From the NCBI GenBank assembly GCA_964035545.1, contig OZ037766.1:12328722-12392721 (forward strand): DNA of 64,000 bases. Direction: 5' to 3'. This DNA is from Bugula neritina (lineage: Eukaryota; Animalia; Bryozoa). The notes beneath the pieces are model-generated. The model had not been told where the DNA came from. It did no database searches and saw only the letters and a list, made by a program, of their open reading frames with translations. Shown piece after piece: positions 37,801-52,800 of the stretch (its first letter is position 1; the number at the start of each line of letters is the position of its first letter). The position numbers and the translations under genes were made by a program.

Positions 37801-40800
37801 CAAAATAGATTTATTTGCAATTTTCATTTATCTTCGGAATTCTTTACATTAATAAATAATTATGGAAAATCGATTACCCAACAAAATTAAAAATAATAAA
37901 TTTTTCGTATTAATAATCTTTTTAAACATAGTGGTAACAGAAATTGAGCTGGATAATACAACGAAAAGTTAAGTTTTAATAAATAGATGCTGCATTCCAC
38001 ATACTCAGCTAGGAAAAGAAAAACAAAACAAAGCACGAAGGCAGCAAAAAATACTCTCAGCATGTGTGTAGATAAAGTAGAAACAAAATATTGGAGAGTT
38101 TCACAACACAGCTATTAGTAATGTGAAGGATAAGACTCAGCATGAGACTTATCTTCACCAACACTCACCTCTATAAATTGATCATTTCTATCTAAACTAT
38201 CATCAAAGTCTCCGGGGAAATTTCCCATATGACCAACATGCTTACCACCCTGTACAAAGCACCATATAGAAAAAGCATAGTTTAAAATTATAAAAAAAAC
38301 ACAAAATATAAAGCTATAAAGGCATAAATATTTTTACAACAATCAAATATGGAAAGCCTTGCACATGCATGGAGCTATTAGTACAATGTTATTATAAATT
38401 AAGAAATCAGGAATCATGGGATCAAATGAAAACAACCAAAGACTAAGCAACAGTTGACAGAGTTGAAAACTTCAGACTATTTGAATTAATACCAAAGAAT
38501 TTGTTAGGGCTTTGGGGTCCAGCTACATATGTTCATATATTCTGATGTGATAGCACATTTGCTTTATTATTTGGACCAATCTATCATTTTCATATTATAC
38601 TCTCTCCCACCTTTGGAGTTGGGCTCTCCGCACTTTCCTCTGCTACGAGTTTTAAAGAATCCGATTCAGTTTGGTAGACTGGGTTTTGCTGTTTGGTAAC
38701 AGCAGCATGGTGCATTCTAGCAGCCGCGACTGGTGCTGAGATATCAATGTCAACTGTCTCATTAACCTCTAGAGAAGGAGTTATGTGAGTATCAGGAGAG
38801 CTTGTGTCCTCGCGTCTCTTGTGATACTTTCGCTGAGACGGAGATGGTGGAATTTGGTGTTCACTACCAGTGCTCTTGGGTGGTGATTCCACAACCTTGC
38901 TTCGACTAGGAGCTATTGGCGCTGTATCCAATGATGACGTATCCATAGCTGGTGAGTCAGGTGAAAATGGAACAGAGCGAGTTTTAGGATTAGTTTCTTG
39001 GCAGACCGATTCGGAAGCATCCTGAGGAATGAGGCTGGGTGAGTGGCTGACGTCAACTCCTGCAGGTCTCAGCGAAGTAGGCTGATATGAACAATAAAAT
39101 GGCGCATCTTCAGCCAATTCAGTAGTCAAATTGCCAGGTTGAAGACGCTGTGATGGTTTTGGCTGTAATAATTGTGAAGACTGGTCTACAGCTTTGGGTT
39201 TGATTGAATCTTCCCCTTCAGGTGATACTGAGTGAGGAGCTGACGTAGATTGTTGACCTGTACCGGGTTCAGGCTGAGTGGATTCTGTATATACGTGGTC
39301 CGCATCATATCTAGCATCAATATCACCAGCATTACTACGTTCAGACGGCACTGGGTGAAAAGCTGAAGCAGAAAACTGCTCTGCAGCGAGTTCAATGCTA
39401 GAGTCATTCCTTCTACTACGATCAGACGCAACTGGGCGAAAGGATGATGCACCCGACTTATCAATAATGCTACTACGCTCAGATGGCAGTGGATGAGACG
39501 ATGGTGTAGAGGTATCATCAGTAGTCGGTACATCACCGGATCCATTCTGTCCAGCTGCTTTTACAGATGGAACATGCAACTGCTCACCAGTTTCCATAGA
39601 CTGCGTCTTGGGCTGAGCTTCTACCACTGAACCAGCACCTCCCGGTGATTGAAGTGGCAGATTCTGATAATCAGCAGTGACAGTTGGAAGAATTTCTTCC
39701 ACTTCCATAGCTTGAGGAATATTTTTTATGGAGCGTTTGCTTGCCCGGGGTGGACTGCTGCGGTAGCTTGTTGGTGGCAAAGATTGTTCATCGGGGTGAT
39801 CTGATATTGTGTCAACGGGTCTTTGTCTAGATGGAATATTCTGATAAGGAGACATGGCGGATATAGAGATTTCCTCATATGGGATTCCTTCAATAGAAGC
39901 TATACTGTCACCGTCGCCTCTCTTTACTGGGGTTGCTGGAGTAGTATCTCTGGGGAGACCTCGCTTTCGGGGGCTTGGTGAAGATTTTGAAACTTTTGAA
40001 ATTGAGGAAATGGAGGCTTGACTGCGAGTTCTGGGAACTGGTGCTTGCCGAGCAGAGGCGGACATTTGCGGGTGATGATGCGACTCCTGGTAGGCGTGAG
40101 GGTAATCAAGAGACTCAACAGAATACGAGGGAAAAGCACCGCTTTGCTAAAGGTGATACAGAACAAAGGCTAGTTATACAACACATAATAGCAACAAATC
40201 TAATGTTAACAGAAACCGTGCGGAAAGCATCAAGCGAGTAAGTAAAGGCTACTACACACAACACCAACTATTAGACAACTAAACTGTGCATATAAGTGTG
40301 CAGCACTTGAAATAAAATACCATTGAAAGCTCAGGTGAAGCAGGATCTAAGATCTCATCATACTGCTGTGAAGGTAAAGCAAACTGCTCTCTGTTAGAAG
40401 GCTGCGGGGAAGAAGGACTGTCTATTTCCCACGGAGCAGCATTCTTTGTTGGACTACCGGTGGCAGTGTTACTAACAGACAAGCGTGGCGCCACCACCAA
40501 AGGGGTAGCAGCATAGCTTGTCAAAGACTCGCTATGAGCAAGAATTCCCTGTGTGAGAAATATATTAGTACATGCGGTAGCAGCGGAGTTAAGGAAGCAG
40601 CACCCACAGGTAATGTTTAAAGCAACAGTAAGCAATCATAGTACAAGCAGAGAGTTTCATAGCATTACAGAATAAATTTAATTCTTCACAAAACATTAAA
40701 TTTTAGAAATGAAAACCATAAATTTATCATGCAAGAGAATGTTGAGTAACAATAGCTCAGAAACCAAAGTGAAAATAAATATTAAAAATTAGTCTAACTT

Positions 40801-43800
40801 TGTTCTTGCTACATAGTTAAATTCAAGCAAGCACATCTAGTTTAATAAGGGGGCTTTGACTAAGAAAGCCTGCTAGGGTTAGAAAAAGTGTTAGTTCAAA
40901 CCAAAGTTTGCAACAAAATATTTAACAGTTTTTACTGCAATTACATACACTTCATCTATACTTTATCTACTTCTTAGCATGGTATACAGTAACCACTATG
41001 CATGTATCAGACAACACAACCGAACATAAAATACTAAAAGCAACAATTAAAGAAAAAATAGAGGAACAACATAAAAGGAAGCACATCAAACAACCAGAAC
41101 TTCTTGACACTCACCTTAGCAGAGTTTAGGCTTGTTCTTGACCTTGCTTTTGGAGTGAATTGTCTGATGCTGCCTTTAGATATTGGACTGAGCTGCTCTA
41201 CATAGCTTTCCTGGTAAAACAGTTGAATGTATAATATTTAGGTAGAGAGTATAAAACATAAAATGCTCATAACGCTACATGTTTATTTAAAATGATTAGA
41301 GAAAACAGAAAATAATCTAGACATATTACTTGATGGTCTAAGCCCTAAGGGTACACATGCTGAGCATGTATCATAATTTCTAGAACATTCCTTAGACTAA
41401 CTGCTGATAATCATAGCCAAAATATATAGTAGAGTCAAACATACAGCACTATGACTGTGTTGCATCAGAATATAAGTTGACTTTGATGTGTACAAATAAA
41501 AACGGGGCCAACTAAAAATGTAAGCAGGGTATAGGAATAAAGAACTGTTACTGCAGAAAAACATAATCATCAATACAACAGTCCGGCATGCTGCCTTTGA
41601 CTCAAAAACCTGACAGCAGACACAAAGTTCATCAATTATCGTAATACCTCTGCATAAAGTTCAGAGTCATCAAAGTTGTGAGTTCTCATGGCTGCCTCCT
41701 GTTCTCTGCTGCTAGGCTCATTCTACATCATATGAGTCACAGTTTAAGCTTCTATCAACTGTTCTACTTTTCAAGTATTTTATTTACTGGAGGAATGGTG
41801 CGTCAACTCGTGTTCAAAATATTGAAGTTTTCAGCATTGATAGTGTACATTGAAAAAGAATGTAACTGAATAAATGTTGCTGAAAATATCAACTAACCCT
41901 TTATAGTTTTTAGCAAAACTGCACCAAATTACTTCTAAGTAGAAATAAGTGTTTACAAAAACAATATTTCAGCACCATTTGAAACCATTTTTCAAAAAAA
42001 GAACTAACTTATAAAAATTATGAACAGGTTTGCAACAAATTAAATATAGTTTCACAGCTATTTATCATGCCTGAGACAGAAACTTGAATAAGCGTGTATA
42101 AAAGAAAACCATAATGTATTTTTAGTATCAGTGAGGGTTGAGTTTATTGCAGTCATTGCAACATCAAATTATAAATACTCAACACAACTACAAGTGTGAG
42201 CCGTGTCACGTGCACAATATATTGTCAGATGAAATAAACAGATTCATCATATCTTCATTTCAGTACTGAGAGTACAAGCCTGTATTACGAAACCACAATG
42301 CCATTGCGCGTAGAATCCTGCAAAATTAATGCCTTCGGGCAAAGTCAGTAGGTTACAACTCACCTTGAAAGAGTAACTACTTCGAGCTGCTCCCTGCATG
42401 TAGTCATCTCTTGACGACAGGAACGGGTATTGGTGTGAGAACACGTCATCTGCGTCTGCAAACAATTTGTCAACATTCACTAACCATTTTACAACCAAGT
42501 CACAGTGACAGCACGTAAAGTTGATGAAAAATATACACGATTTAGAGAAAAGGGCATGGCTTTAAAACTCTATAGAAAAACAAAACACTCAGAAATGTTA
42601 GTGTATGATGTGAGATTAAGAAAGTGCAGGCATTCCATCTCAGCATATACGGTGGGTGTCTTTTGCGAGTAAAATAAGGGAAGACAACTACACTAACCCT
42701 AATGTTAAATATATAGGCATTACATCCAATGTAAGAAACTGCATAATAGAAACTATTCAGTCTTATAGATGGGAGAATGAAATTTAATTAAAACAACTAG
42801 TCACCAGCTGAAAAAAATTTACATACAAAAACATTATAGAGTATTTAAAAAGGTGTGACAAAAATGAGATGCAGCAAAAGTCAAAACTGGAAGGATAAAT
42901 TAATAAAAGTAACACTCGTCATTCAAAACCCACTTACTACAATGCATTGATGAAGACATGTGTGTATAATATGGCATATACACACTATCTGAGTCAATAA
43001 GACTCATGCTAGTCTGACTTGGGGTTGTTAGAGTTCCAGACATATCTGTATGTATATTTATTATAATAAATAATACACCACTAACAGTATCAAATACACT
43101 TGTCAATATACTACACTGTCAACAGTCGACTATGGCTAAAAGAAGCTAGATAACTATGAGCCTTTTAATATAGACATTGCAGTTTGCGTAACCATTTAGA
43201 TTTATCACCTTAAAAGGATAGAGGAGACAAATCTAATACACATATAATTATTTCTGAACCAATTATGATGTCATATCACACAATTACTAAAGCAAATGTT
43301 TATGCCAACTGCAATCAGCATATATAAAAGTACTGAACAGATTCAAAAATCTGCTCACCCTCAATATTTTATCTACTTGAGATTATTAGTACCAGGGCGC
43401 ACTGCCTACCTTGCTCTTCTTCACTGTCGCTAATGGAATGCTCCTCCATCTTCTCAGGGCCGACCATAGAATATTTGAAGTCTTCGTGAAGGTTTTCAGT
43501 AGACGCTGAGACAGTTGTTACTCCTTGTAGAACTTGCTCCAGGGAGACATAACCCAGTCTACGAGCTATTTGCAGGGCTGTCACGCCATTCTACAATACA
43601 CAGGAGTATTCATGTCTGACAGTCATGTAGACACCATAAAACAACTAGAACACACCTTGTCCAGCACAAATCCTATTGCTACTCCAATTTATGTAATGTT
43701 CAAGTTTACATAACATGGCTATCTGCCTACCCAAACATAAAAAATATGGTGAATAATAAAGAAATGTGGCAGTACCACATAATATATATAATCTTACATT

Positions 43801-46800
43801 GGTTTTGGCTTCAGGAGTAGCTCCAGCCTTGAGTAAAATATTCACCACGAGAACGTGACCTTGCTGGGCTCCTTGGTGAAGTGGAGTGTAGCCAAGCTGT
43901 GACAATCAAAAGTAATGCATAACAGGCTAGAAACTAGTGTTGAGTAGCAGGTCTTACCAACAATGTCACTGTAAAAATTTTAGCACATGAAAACTAACAA
44001 ATACTGTTCAAAATAGGCTACAGTGTTCTGTAATGACTCAAAGAATGTTGTGGAGGAGTTTTACAAATGTCAACTCAATGTTGAGTGTGTGTTAGTGTGA
44101 ATACAAGATAAAAGGGATGAATAATTAGCTAGCTCTCAACAGCATTTTAAGATGAAGTATTTAGTGACGACACACAATTGAAATCAATGGGACAACTCCA
44201 TGTTTATTCTTTTTGAAAATTCTGGTTGGTCTTAAAACAGAAATAATGCGAATATGTTATAAATAGCATACCCTTGTTTTAGCATCTACTTCTGCTCCCA
44301 GTTCCAGGAGAAATCTCACCATATTAATTTGACCAAAGTGACTAGCAGTGTGTAGCGGAGTGTAACCAGCTTTGGTGGTCGGGTCAATACGAGCGCCGTA
44401 CTTACACAGGATCTCAGCAACATGCACATGGTCCTCTTGGGCACACAGATGCATCGGGGTTAGTCCGTTCTGAAAGCATACCATGACAGCATCAAATATA
44501 AAACACAATCCACAACAGAACTGCCAGTCAAACACTTAGAACATACTTTGTGTAATCTAAAAGTAAAAAGCACTCAGCATAACACAAAAAGCACCTGGTA
44601 TCTAACAGCCTGTAGAGTACTGTTGTCATCAGTTTTGAATAAATCATACATTATTCATGAGAAATCAATATCTCAGGTGAAAATACTTGCTTTTTAAATT
44701 TCATAAAATGCAATGACCCACTTTCAACAATATGCACTCAATATCACGCCAAACTTAAATTATATTTGTAAAATTAATTACACAATTTTGAACCAATGAA
44801 TATTATTCAATCAAAAGTTGTAGCGCTATTGACAACGGTATTAACTATAAGAAAATCTAAGGAGACTCAAATATGATTTTTGAGACATGATTAAAGTCTT
44901 AGTGTTAGTAGGTTGTGTGGTGCTGCATAGTGTATGATAACAGCACTAAATGCTATAAAAGTATATCAATTGTCTAACTCAGCTCTTTCAACATCTGTTA
45001 GTATGATAAGTTGTAAAGTTACCAACTCATTCATAGCATATAAAGCTCAGCAAACCATTAACTCAATCTCGGAATCATTAACAGCAGCTGACCCAGTTCT
45101 TCAAATTATTGATTATCCCTACTGGTAATGGCTGCAGTGCAGTAGAGTCTGAAGTACTAGTGTTTATAGCAAAGCTTGTTGCATAACAATAAACAGAACA
45201 TATTCTGACTTCATGTCGGTAGTAATGAATATAATGATGCCATATTATTATACAGTTTAAATAAAAGTAATGAAGGTAGTAAATGTCGGAATAGTAGCTG
45301 CAGTGCTAACACTTAGCAAGAGAAAAAGGGACGGGAGTAGCATCAATTGTAAATAAGTAGTAGACTTACGGTTGCATAGCAATTAGAGTTTGCTCCATTC
45401 TCTAGCAAAAGTGACACCATGTCGGTGTGACCTTCTTGTGCGGCTAAATGTAATGGTGTGAAACCATTCTTAGACTCGGCATTTGCTCTGGCACCGTACT
45501 CCAGCAAGGATGTGGCAATGTCCATTTGATTCTTTTTGGCAGCAATATGCAATGGTGTGTAACCATTCTGCAAACACAAGTAATAGTATTCTTTATAACT
45601 CATTTAGTGGCGAAAATAGTTAACAAAACAAACAACGTATCACTAATATTATAAAGAATAATATCACCTAGTAAATATAATACAGGTTATGTCGCAATGT
45701 AAATTAGCATATAATAAATATCAGCATACAGAATAAATTTATTAATTAATAGTTAATGAACCTGAACATATGTGTATACTTTTACCAAACTATCACAATT
45801 TAGCAGAGTAACTTTCACCTTAGCTTGGCAGTGAGGAGAGGCCCTAAACTCCTCCAGTAATAGTAGTACTATAGTAGGTCTGTTATAGTGGGCAGCTACA
45901 TGGAGAGCTGTTAATCCATTTCTTCCCTGCATATCAGGCTGGGCACCTCTTTGCAACAACAGCCTAGCCACCCCGTGTTGACCATATTTAGCACTTATGT
46001 GAAGGGGTGTCATTCCCTTCTACAAGCACAACATGAACGTGCCCACCTTGCATCACAGAATATCAGTGAAAACATTTTGTCAACATTGGAAACAAGTTTT
46101 TCTTTAAATAAATAGTTTCACTAATTCTCTGTAATTTATTATTAGGCATATTCAAGATAGATGGCAAATGGCTAGTAGATGCACTAGACTGTTACCTTGG
46201 TGACAGAATTGGGTGAAGCTGATTGGTCAATGAGTACACCAATCACTTCCTCGTGACCTTCTTTAGCTGCAATGTGTAGCGGAGTGTAGCCGTCTTTAGT
46301 TACAGCCTCGACGTCAGCTCCATGTTGTAAGAGAAGCAGCACACTATCTACACTACCCATTCTGGCAGCGATGTGCAGGGGAATCTGTAGCTCCTGTGGA
46401 ATAATAAACTTGCATTAAATAAATAGATAAATAGCACCACTTGCTGTTCCAAAAGAAACTTAAGTAACACCTTAAATAAAATATATTTTGCCTATAATAC
46501 AAGGTAAAGACTACTAAAACTTTGTAAGCGCACCGCACAGCAAAACACGAGAAAACTGCAAAAGAAATAAATTGAACAGTAAGTTTATATGATATTTTAT
46601 CTCTATTGACAAAAAAACATAACTGTAGCATACTTGTCATGTATACTGCGAATGTTTATGAAAAAATACACTAACAGCGATACTAAAACTAGCTCACCCT
46701 TGCTTTAGCATTAACATCAGCTTTGTTTCTAAGTAAAATTCTGATAACATCTATCTGGTTTGACCGAGACGCTAGGTGAAGAGGTGTTTCGCCTCGCATG

Positions 46801-49800
46801 GTTCGCCCGTCCACATCAGCGCCATTGTTGAGTAGTGTCAACACTATGCTCATGTTGCCTAAAAATTCAATTATATATAAAAACATAACATAAGCAAGAA
46901 CAAAAACTAACAAAAATCATACATTCAAACATGAGCTACAAAACATATATAGAAAAAGCTCCTAGGTTTGCATTTCTAGTCACTAATTCTCATTCCTCTG
47001 GCAGCAACAACTTTGGCAACATGACTAGTTTACCAAATGAACTGACAAATATAAAAACCTTTGAAAATATTTTACCAAGCAATGATATTAAAACCTGTGT
47101 CATGCATATAAAGGTAGCCCATGTCCCATATCACCCGAAGTGAACGTACCCATGAAAGAGGAGACGTGAAGAGGTGTGAGGCCAGACTCGGTGGTAGCTT
47201 CTATTAGTGCACCAAACTTCAGCAACAGCTCCACTACTTTGATCCTGTTTTTCTTGCAAGCAATATGCAAAGGAGTGAACCCATTCTATAACATATACAG
47301 CACCACCATGATTCAATTTATACACAGCTATATCTGATGGTAATTATACCCTTTCAAAATTTTTCATTTTAGCCTACGACTTTTTTTTCTAAATAACAAT
47401 AAAATAATGTAATTTTTTGGGCGAAAAAAGCGCACGAGACTTTTTCAAGCTATAAAATATAGCACAATGGAGAAAGGACAATTTAAATGTTAAACCAACA
47501 ATTAAATATGTCCAAACCCACATCCCGGCTCCTAACAGAGAAACGTGAAATACACTCACCAGGGCCCTAGCATTAACATCACAGAGACGGTCAAGAAGAA
47601 GTTTAGCCGTTTTCACATGACCATAGTGCGCCGTGACGTGGAGGGCAGTAAGGTAGTCCACACTCACTTCATTCACATTAGCCTTAGCATGTAGTATGAG
47701 TCTGGCGCAATCGGCATGATCACCTTGGCAGGCCATGTGTAGTGGAGACAACCCATTCTATAACAAACAGCTACTACTTTACAAAGATACAATGATGACA
47801 TACTGGTAAAGTTTTAAACTCATATCCTTATTTTCATAAACATGATTATTTTACGATATTGATTGTAAGAATTTTGTGAATCTAAGTTTAGGACAGAATT
47901 GTACAGTACAGCAATTCTAGTAGTTCTGCTACGGTATGCTAAAGTGTACAATGTAAAGGTCTGTAAATGGTTTACATACTTGTATTAAAATATCAGCTAC
48001 GAAAATTCTAAATATTTATGATTAAGTAAAAGTAACATCAACTCATTAGTTGAAAACAGATCTGCAGTTGAATGGTGCTGCCACTAATCATAGCCTGAGC
48101 ACTACAATCTGCTTGTAATGTAGGGAGGGGAATTATAATAACACTATGTATGCAATGCAGCTCTGGATTACATCTAAACTACGGAAAGAGTTTGAGCATC
48201 ACCTGAAAAGGTCAACAGTTTAGCTGGTAAACTCTATTACAACATTCACCATCACTTAACAAAAGGTATGTATTAGGCCTATAGTGAGGGATATCACTGA
48301 ATTGTCACCCAACAGTAAAGGGCATAAATGGCTTTATATTAAGAGTTGACAAACAACTTCATGGATATACGACAAATTATTCTAAACTACTTCATGCTGA
48401 GAAAAAAATTATTTACAAACAACTGCAAGAAACGCATAACTTTTTTTCTAAAGATGAATAATACAGAAATTTTATTTCCAAATCAATATTTGGGTCCTAG
48501 GTGAACAAGATCACAATATTAAATGATGACAGAAATACATACTCGGGTTTTAGCGGAATGGTCAGCATTGTTCTCTAGAAGAAAGTCTACTACTCGGACG
48601 TAGCCACTTCGGGCAGCGCAGTGTAACGGTGTGAGACCGTCCCGTGTCTGTATATTAATGTAGGCGTCTTTCTCTACGAGTAGCACTATCATAGACAATT
48701 GTCCCCATTTAGCAGCTACGTGCATTGGGGCTATAGCATTCTACAACAGCAAACCTAAGAGTTTAGACAAGAAAAATCTGTTTGAAAAAACTACAACATT
48801 TATTATAAAATATAATAGGAACATATAGAGAAATACATATAGAGAAATATATGCAGAAATATATATAGAAATATATGATGTAGACATATATTTTCCAGTT
48901 TATGCCAACTGTTGTGTAACTGATGTATTATATATAAATCAATGGAAATTGCAGCAGACTATATCAATATTTTATAAATAACTAAATTACTTATAAAATA
49001 TTCCAAGGATAAAACATAACTCCAACCTTGGCTTTATAGTTGACATCTGCTCCCATATCTATCAGCAGTCTGGCAACTGTATGTTTACCATAATGAGAGG
49101 CTATGTGGAGAGGAGTGAATCCACTCTACAACATCAGTAGAATGTATATTAAAGCAACGAATGGGAATACATGACATCATATGTGACATCATACGTGACA
49201 TAACACGGAACAGCCATCAATGAGCATACACCAGTTTACTTGGTTAGTTATGGTTTAATAGTTGAGGTTGTTTGAGTTTTAAAGTGGAAACAGTTTATTA
49301 GCCCATCAAGGAATACCAGCAAAAAGTTAGAGTCCAGTCATTTCTGAACCTGTTGTTTATTGTAATGAAAGTATTAAACATGTTACACCAATGGCTGAGG
49401 TGTTAGAGGAAAATACAAAATGAAACATAGCACATCCATATATGTACAATAAGCATAAAACATCAGTCAGCAAGCAATATGTTGACATGATTACAAGCAA
49501 TGAAAATGTATTAGTAGTCGGATAAAAGCCATGCTTAGCTCTCTCTCAATACACAGTACACAATATTGAGTCAAACTAATATAAACTGACTGCCTATATA
49601 CCGAGTTACAACAAAATACTTTCTCTACATCTCAATCACTCGTGGTAGAAACCATATAAGGTTGTGTCAATAAATATAATATCGTGAAAACACAGTCAAC
49701 AAAAACGCCATGAAGCAGAAACTCAGGTTTAACAGGAATGTAATGAGTAGGTATATTTGGAACATTCCTAAAGTCTCCATAAGACAAAGCTGTTAGATTG

Positions 49801-52800
49801 TCATTACATTCTCTGCCATCATTTCTAACCATGCAGTATGAATTGTATTCTTCTAAGATATGCGAGTGTAATACTTATTTTGTATACAAGATTTTTATAG
49901 AGATTTAGAAATTACACCAAAATTTTCTGTACATTACAGGCACCTGAATAGGGTATACAAAAACATAATATCTAGGTATAACAACAACCAGCTCAGCAGA
50001 CAATGAAGTTATGATTACCTTTGTAGTGTCATTGACAAGTTCAACCTGCAGACAGCAACACAGCAAATATGTTTAATGTTATGCAGTGGTAAGGTTACCT
50101 CACAATGTCTGAAAATTAAGTTGTATGAACAACAGCCATATTCAATGAAGCTATTGGGTAACTACTGGAATATGATTTTTTTATCTGAGCTAAAAAGAAA
50201 AGGTAGTATTACAATCCTTCAGGAAGCAAGTATGAGGAGGCAGGAGCCAACAACTCACCATGGACTCCTGGTCAGCAGTCTCGCTTCTCAGCAACAGCTT
50301 CACGGCACTCACATCGTCCTTCTTGGCAGCAATGTGTAGCGCCGGCAGCTTTACCTTACTACCTTGGCCATACTCTAGCAGAACAGTCACTGCCTTTTCA
50401 CTCTTCTGCTGCAGCGCCACTGCGAGTGGAGTGTATCCTTCCTAAAATACCAGAACAATATCATATACTCTCTGTACCTGAATATACCATATACTTCTAC
50501 AAATACCAACAGCATATGTATAGACATCGCAATGCCGTCACTAAACATATATAAATAAACTGAGAGAACTTATATATATATACAGTACATAGGAGAACAG
50601 GCTGAGCAGCAAGTAGAATATTGTATAATAGTGATTAGAAATGTTTCTCATTGCCTAACACCATCATACTGTATTCACAGCAGTGAGCAATTATGATATC
50701 AGATGTACGTATTGCACATCTACTTACACTCTTCATGCACTCAACAGCTCACGATATTTTAATCAATATTCCAAGTGGACTGCAGCATCTCTAGACTAGA
50801 GAATTATATAGCCGAGCAGAGCTTTCAGTGTTCACATGATTATGCAGTAGAGTCTGGCACAACCTAGTTTAGTAAACTCTATAGTCTATACCCTAGGGAG
50901 GTAATTGAGACAATAGTAACATCTCCTGAATGTCCTATGGCAGCCATATTGGTATTTCATTATAGCGTAATCTAGTAGAAAGTGGCCAACAATTACTCAA
51001 ATGCACTCTACTTCGGGAAAAATCTACCCTCATATTTGATGGTGCTCGTAAATTCTTACCATGACTAAGAGATTAACCAAAGAATTGAGATGAGTAACAA
51101 GAGTTGGCTAGAAAGAAGCTTACTCGAAATCATATTAAATGAAACTTATTAGATTAAATTTGTTAAATAAAATTTATAAAATAAAATGTATTACATGATC
51201 TGTATTAGATAAAAGTTATTTGATGTAAACTGGCTAATAAAACTGTTTTATCTAATCTAACATTAGAAGACTGAGTAAAATGTACCAAGTACATTTGTAC
51301 TGTAATGGAAGGTCATATTGTAGTACTTGTGGGTATTGCCCATGAATTATATTGAATATGATAATTATTCATCACTCTCCATTGCTAGACAGGATATCCT
51401 ATGTATTATACACGGCCAGATATCATATCTTGCATTCCTACGGCAACATACTGTCTATAATTAATGCAATTATAATGATACAAGAAGCTGATGTATACTG
51501 GAAGCTGATGTACAGTGATGCTGCTACTGTTCAATACTTAGTTATCTATTATCAAGCAGAGATTTACTTGATATTACTTGGAGCAAACGAATCCAACACT
51601 TGAAGCATGTGTTTGAATATCTGCTAACATATGTGCTGTAAATAAATACTCCCAGCGTGAATTACACAGCATATACAGACATCAGTTGAGCTGATGATAT
51701 CTTGCTACAGTAACTGCAATACACTATCAGCTAATATATCTCAACCTTGTCCTCAATACCTGTGAAACCATTCAGACCTGCAGGGTTTACAGATGATGTA
51801 GAACTAATACTAGAAATTTATGACCTGTAAATGGTTAAAGATATTTACCTCTGTGGTTAAACTAGGGTCAGCTCCATGGTCCAATAGGAATTTAACGATA
51901 TCTTCTTTGTTTTCTTGGGCTGCCATATAAAGTGGGGTAAAACCCAGCTGAGATTGGGCATTAATTGGACTGCCATGTTCCACTAGAAGTTTGGCCACAC
52001 GAAGTTTCCCTCCAAGAGAGGCAACGTGTAAGGCAGTGTTCCCTTTCTGAAACAGACAACATTTCATGTTACGTTTAGATAATAAGTTAAGCAGGTAACT
52101 GTGCAACTGGTGTAAGCATTGAGAAATTTGTGGAGTATTAAATACCTTGGTGGCAGACTCAACCTTAGCCCCTCTGTTTATCAGCTCCTGTACCAGCTCC
52201 ACATATCCCTCCTTGGCTGCTAAATGCAATGCATTTAGTCCATTCTGTATATAAATAGAGAAATTGCTATGTTGAACATTGCAGACACTACATGCATCAA
52301 GCTAGTTGGTAATTGTGAACCCTTAGATTAAAACATTTGTTTTGTAACCAAATCAATTTATTGAAATTAATAAATAACATACAAGAAAGATACTCCCCCC
52401 CCCCCTCCCTATATGATTGATATTATTGAAATATCATCCCTTATTAGACAATTATTAAATAATGAAACATTTTCTCATCCATTAATTGTGTACAACAAAT
52501 TTAAATATAAAAAATTTCAAGATTGGATGCTTACAGCATTAGAGCAGTTGATGTCTACACCTTGTCTGGTCAGACCATCTATTACCTTCTCTATATCACC
52601 TGACCGAGCAGCTCTGAGAAAGCTAATATTAATATCACTCTGAAAATATACATAGATGACGTGTTTTATACAATAGCAGCAAATCATATAGAGATAACAT
52701 AGATGAAGGAAACTATCCCATGGGAACATTTAGTTTTAAAACGTGTAGTTCAGACAAACTAAACACACTGCACTCATGATATATTACCATTTAGCACACA

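Noticed and set aside
39020-39040. SLIP as an EB-binding SxIP motif
   Set aside because: Single occurrence with acidic rather than basic flanks; expected by chance
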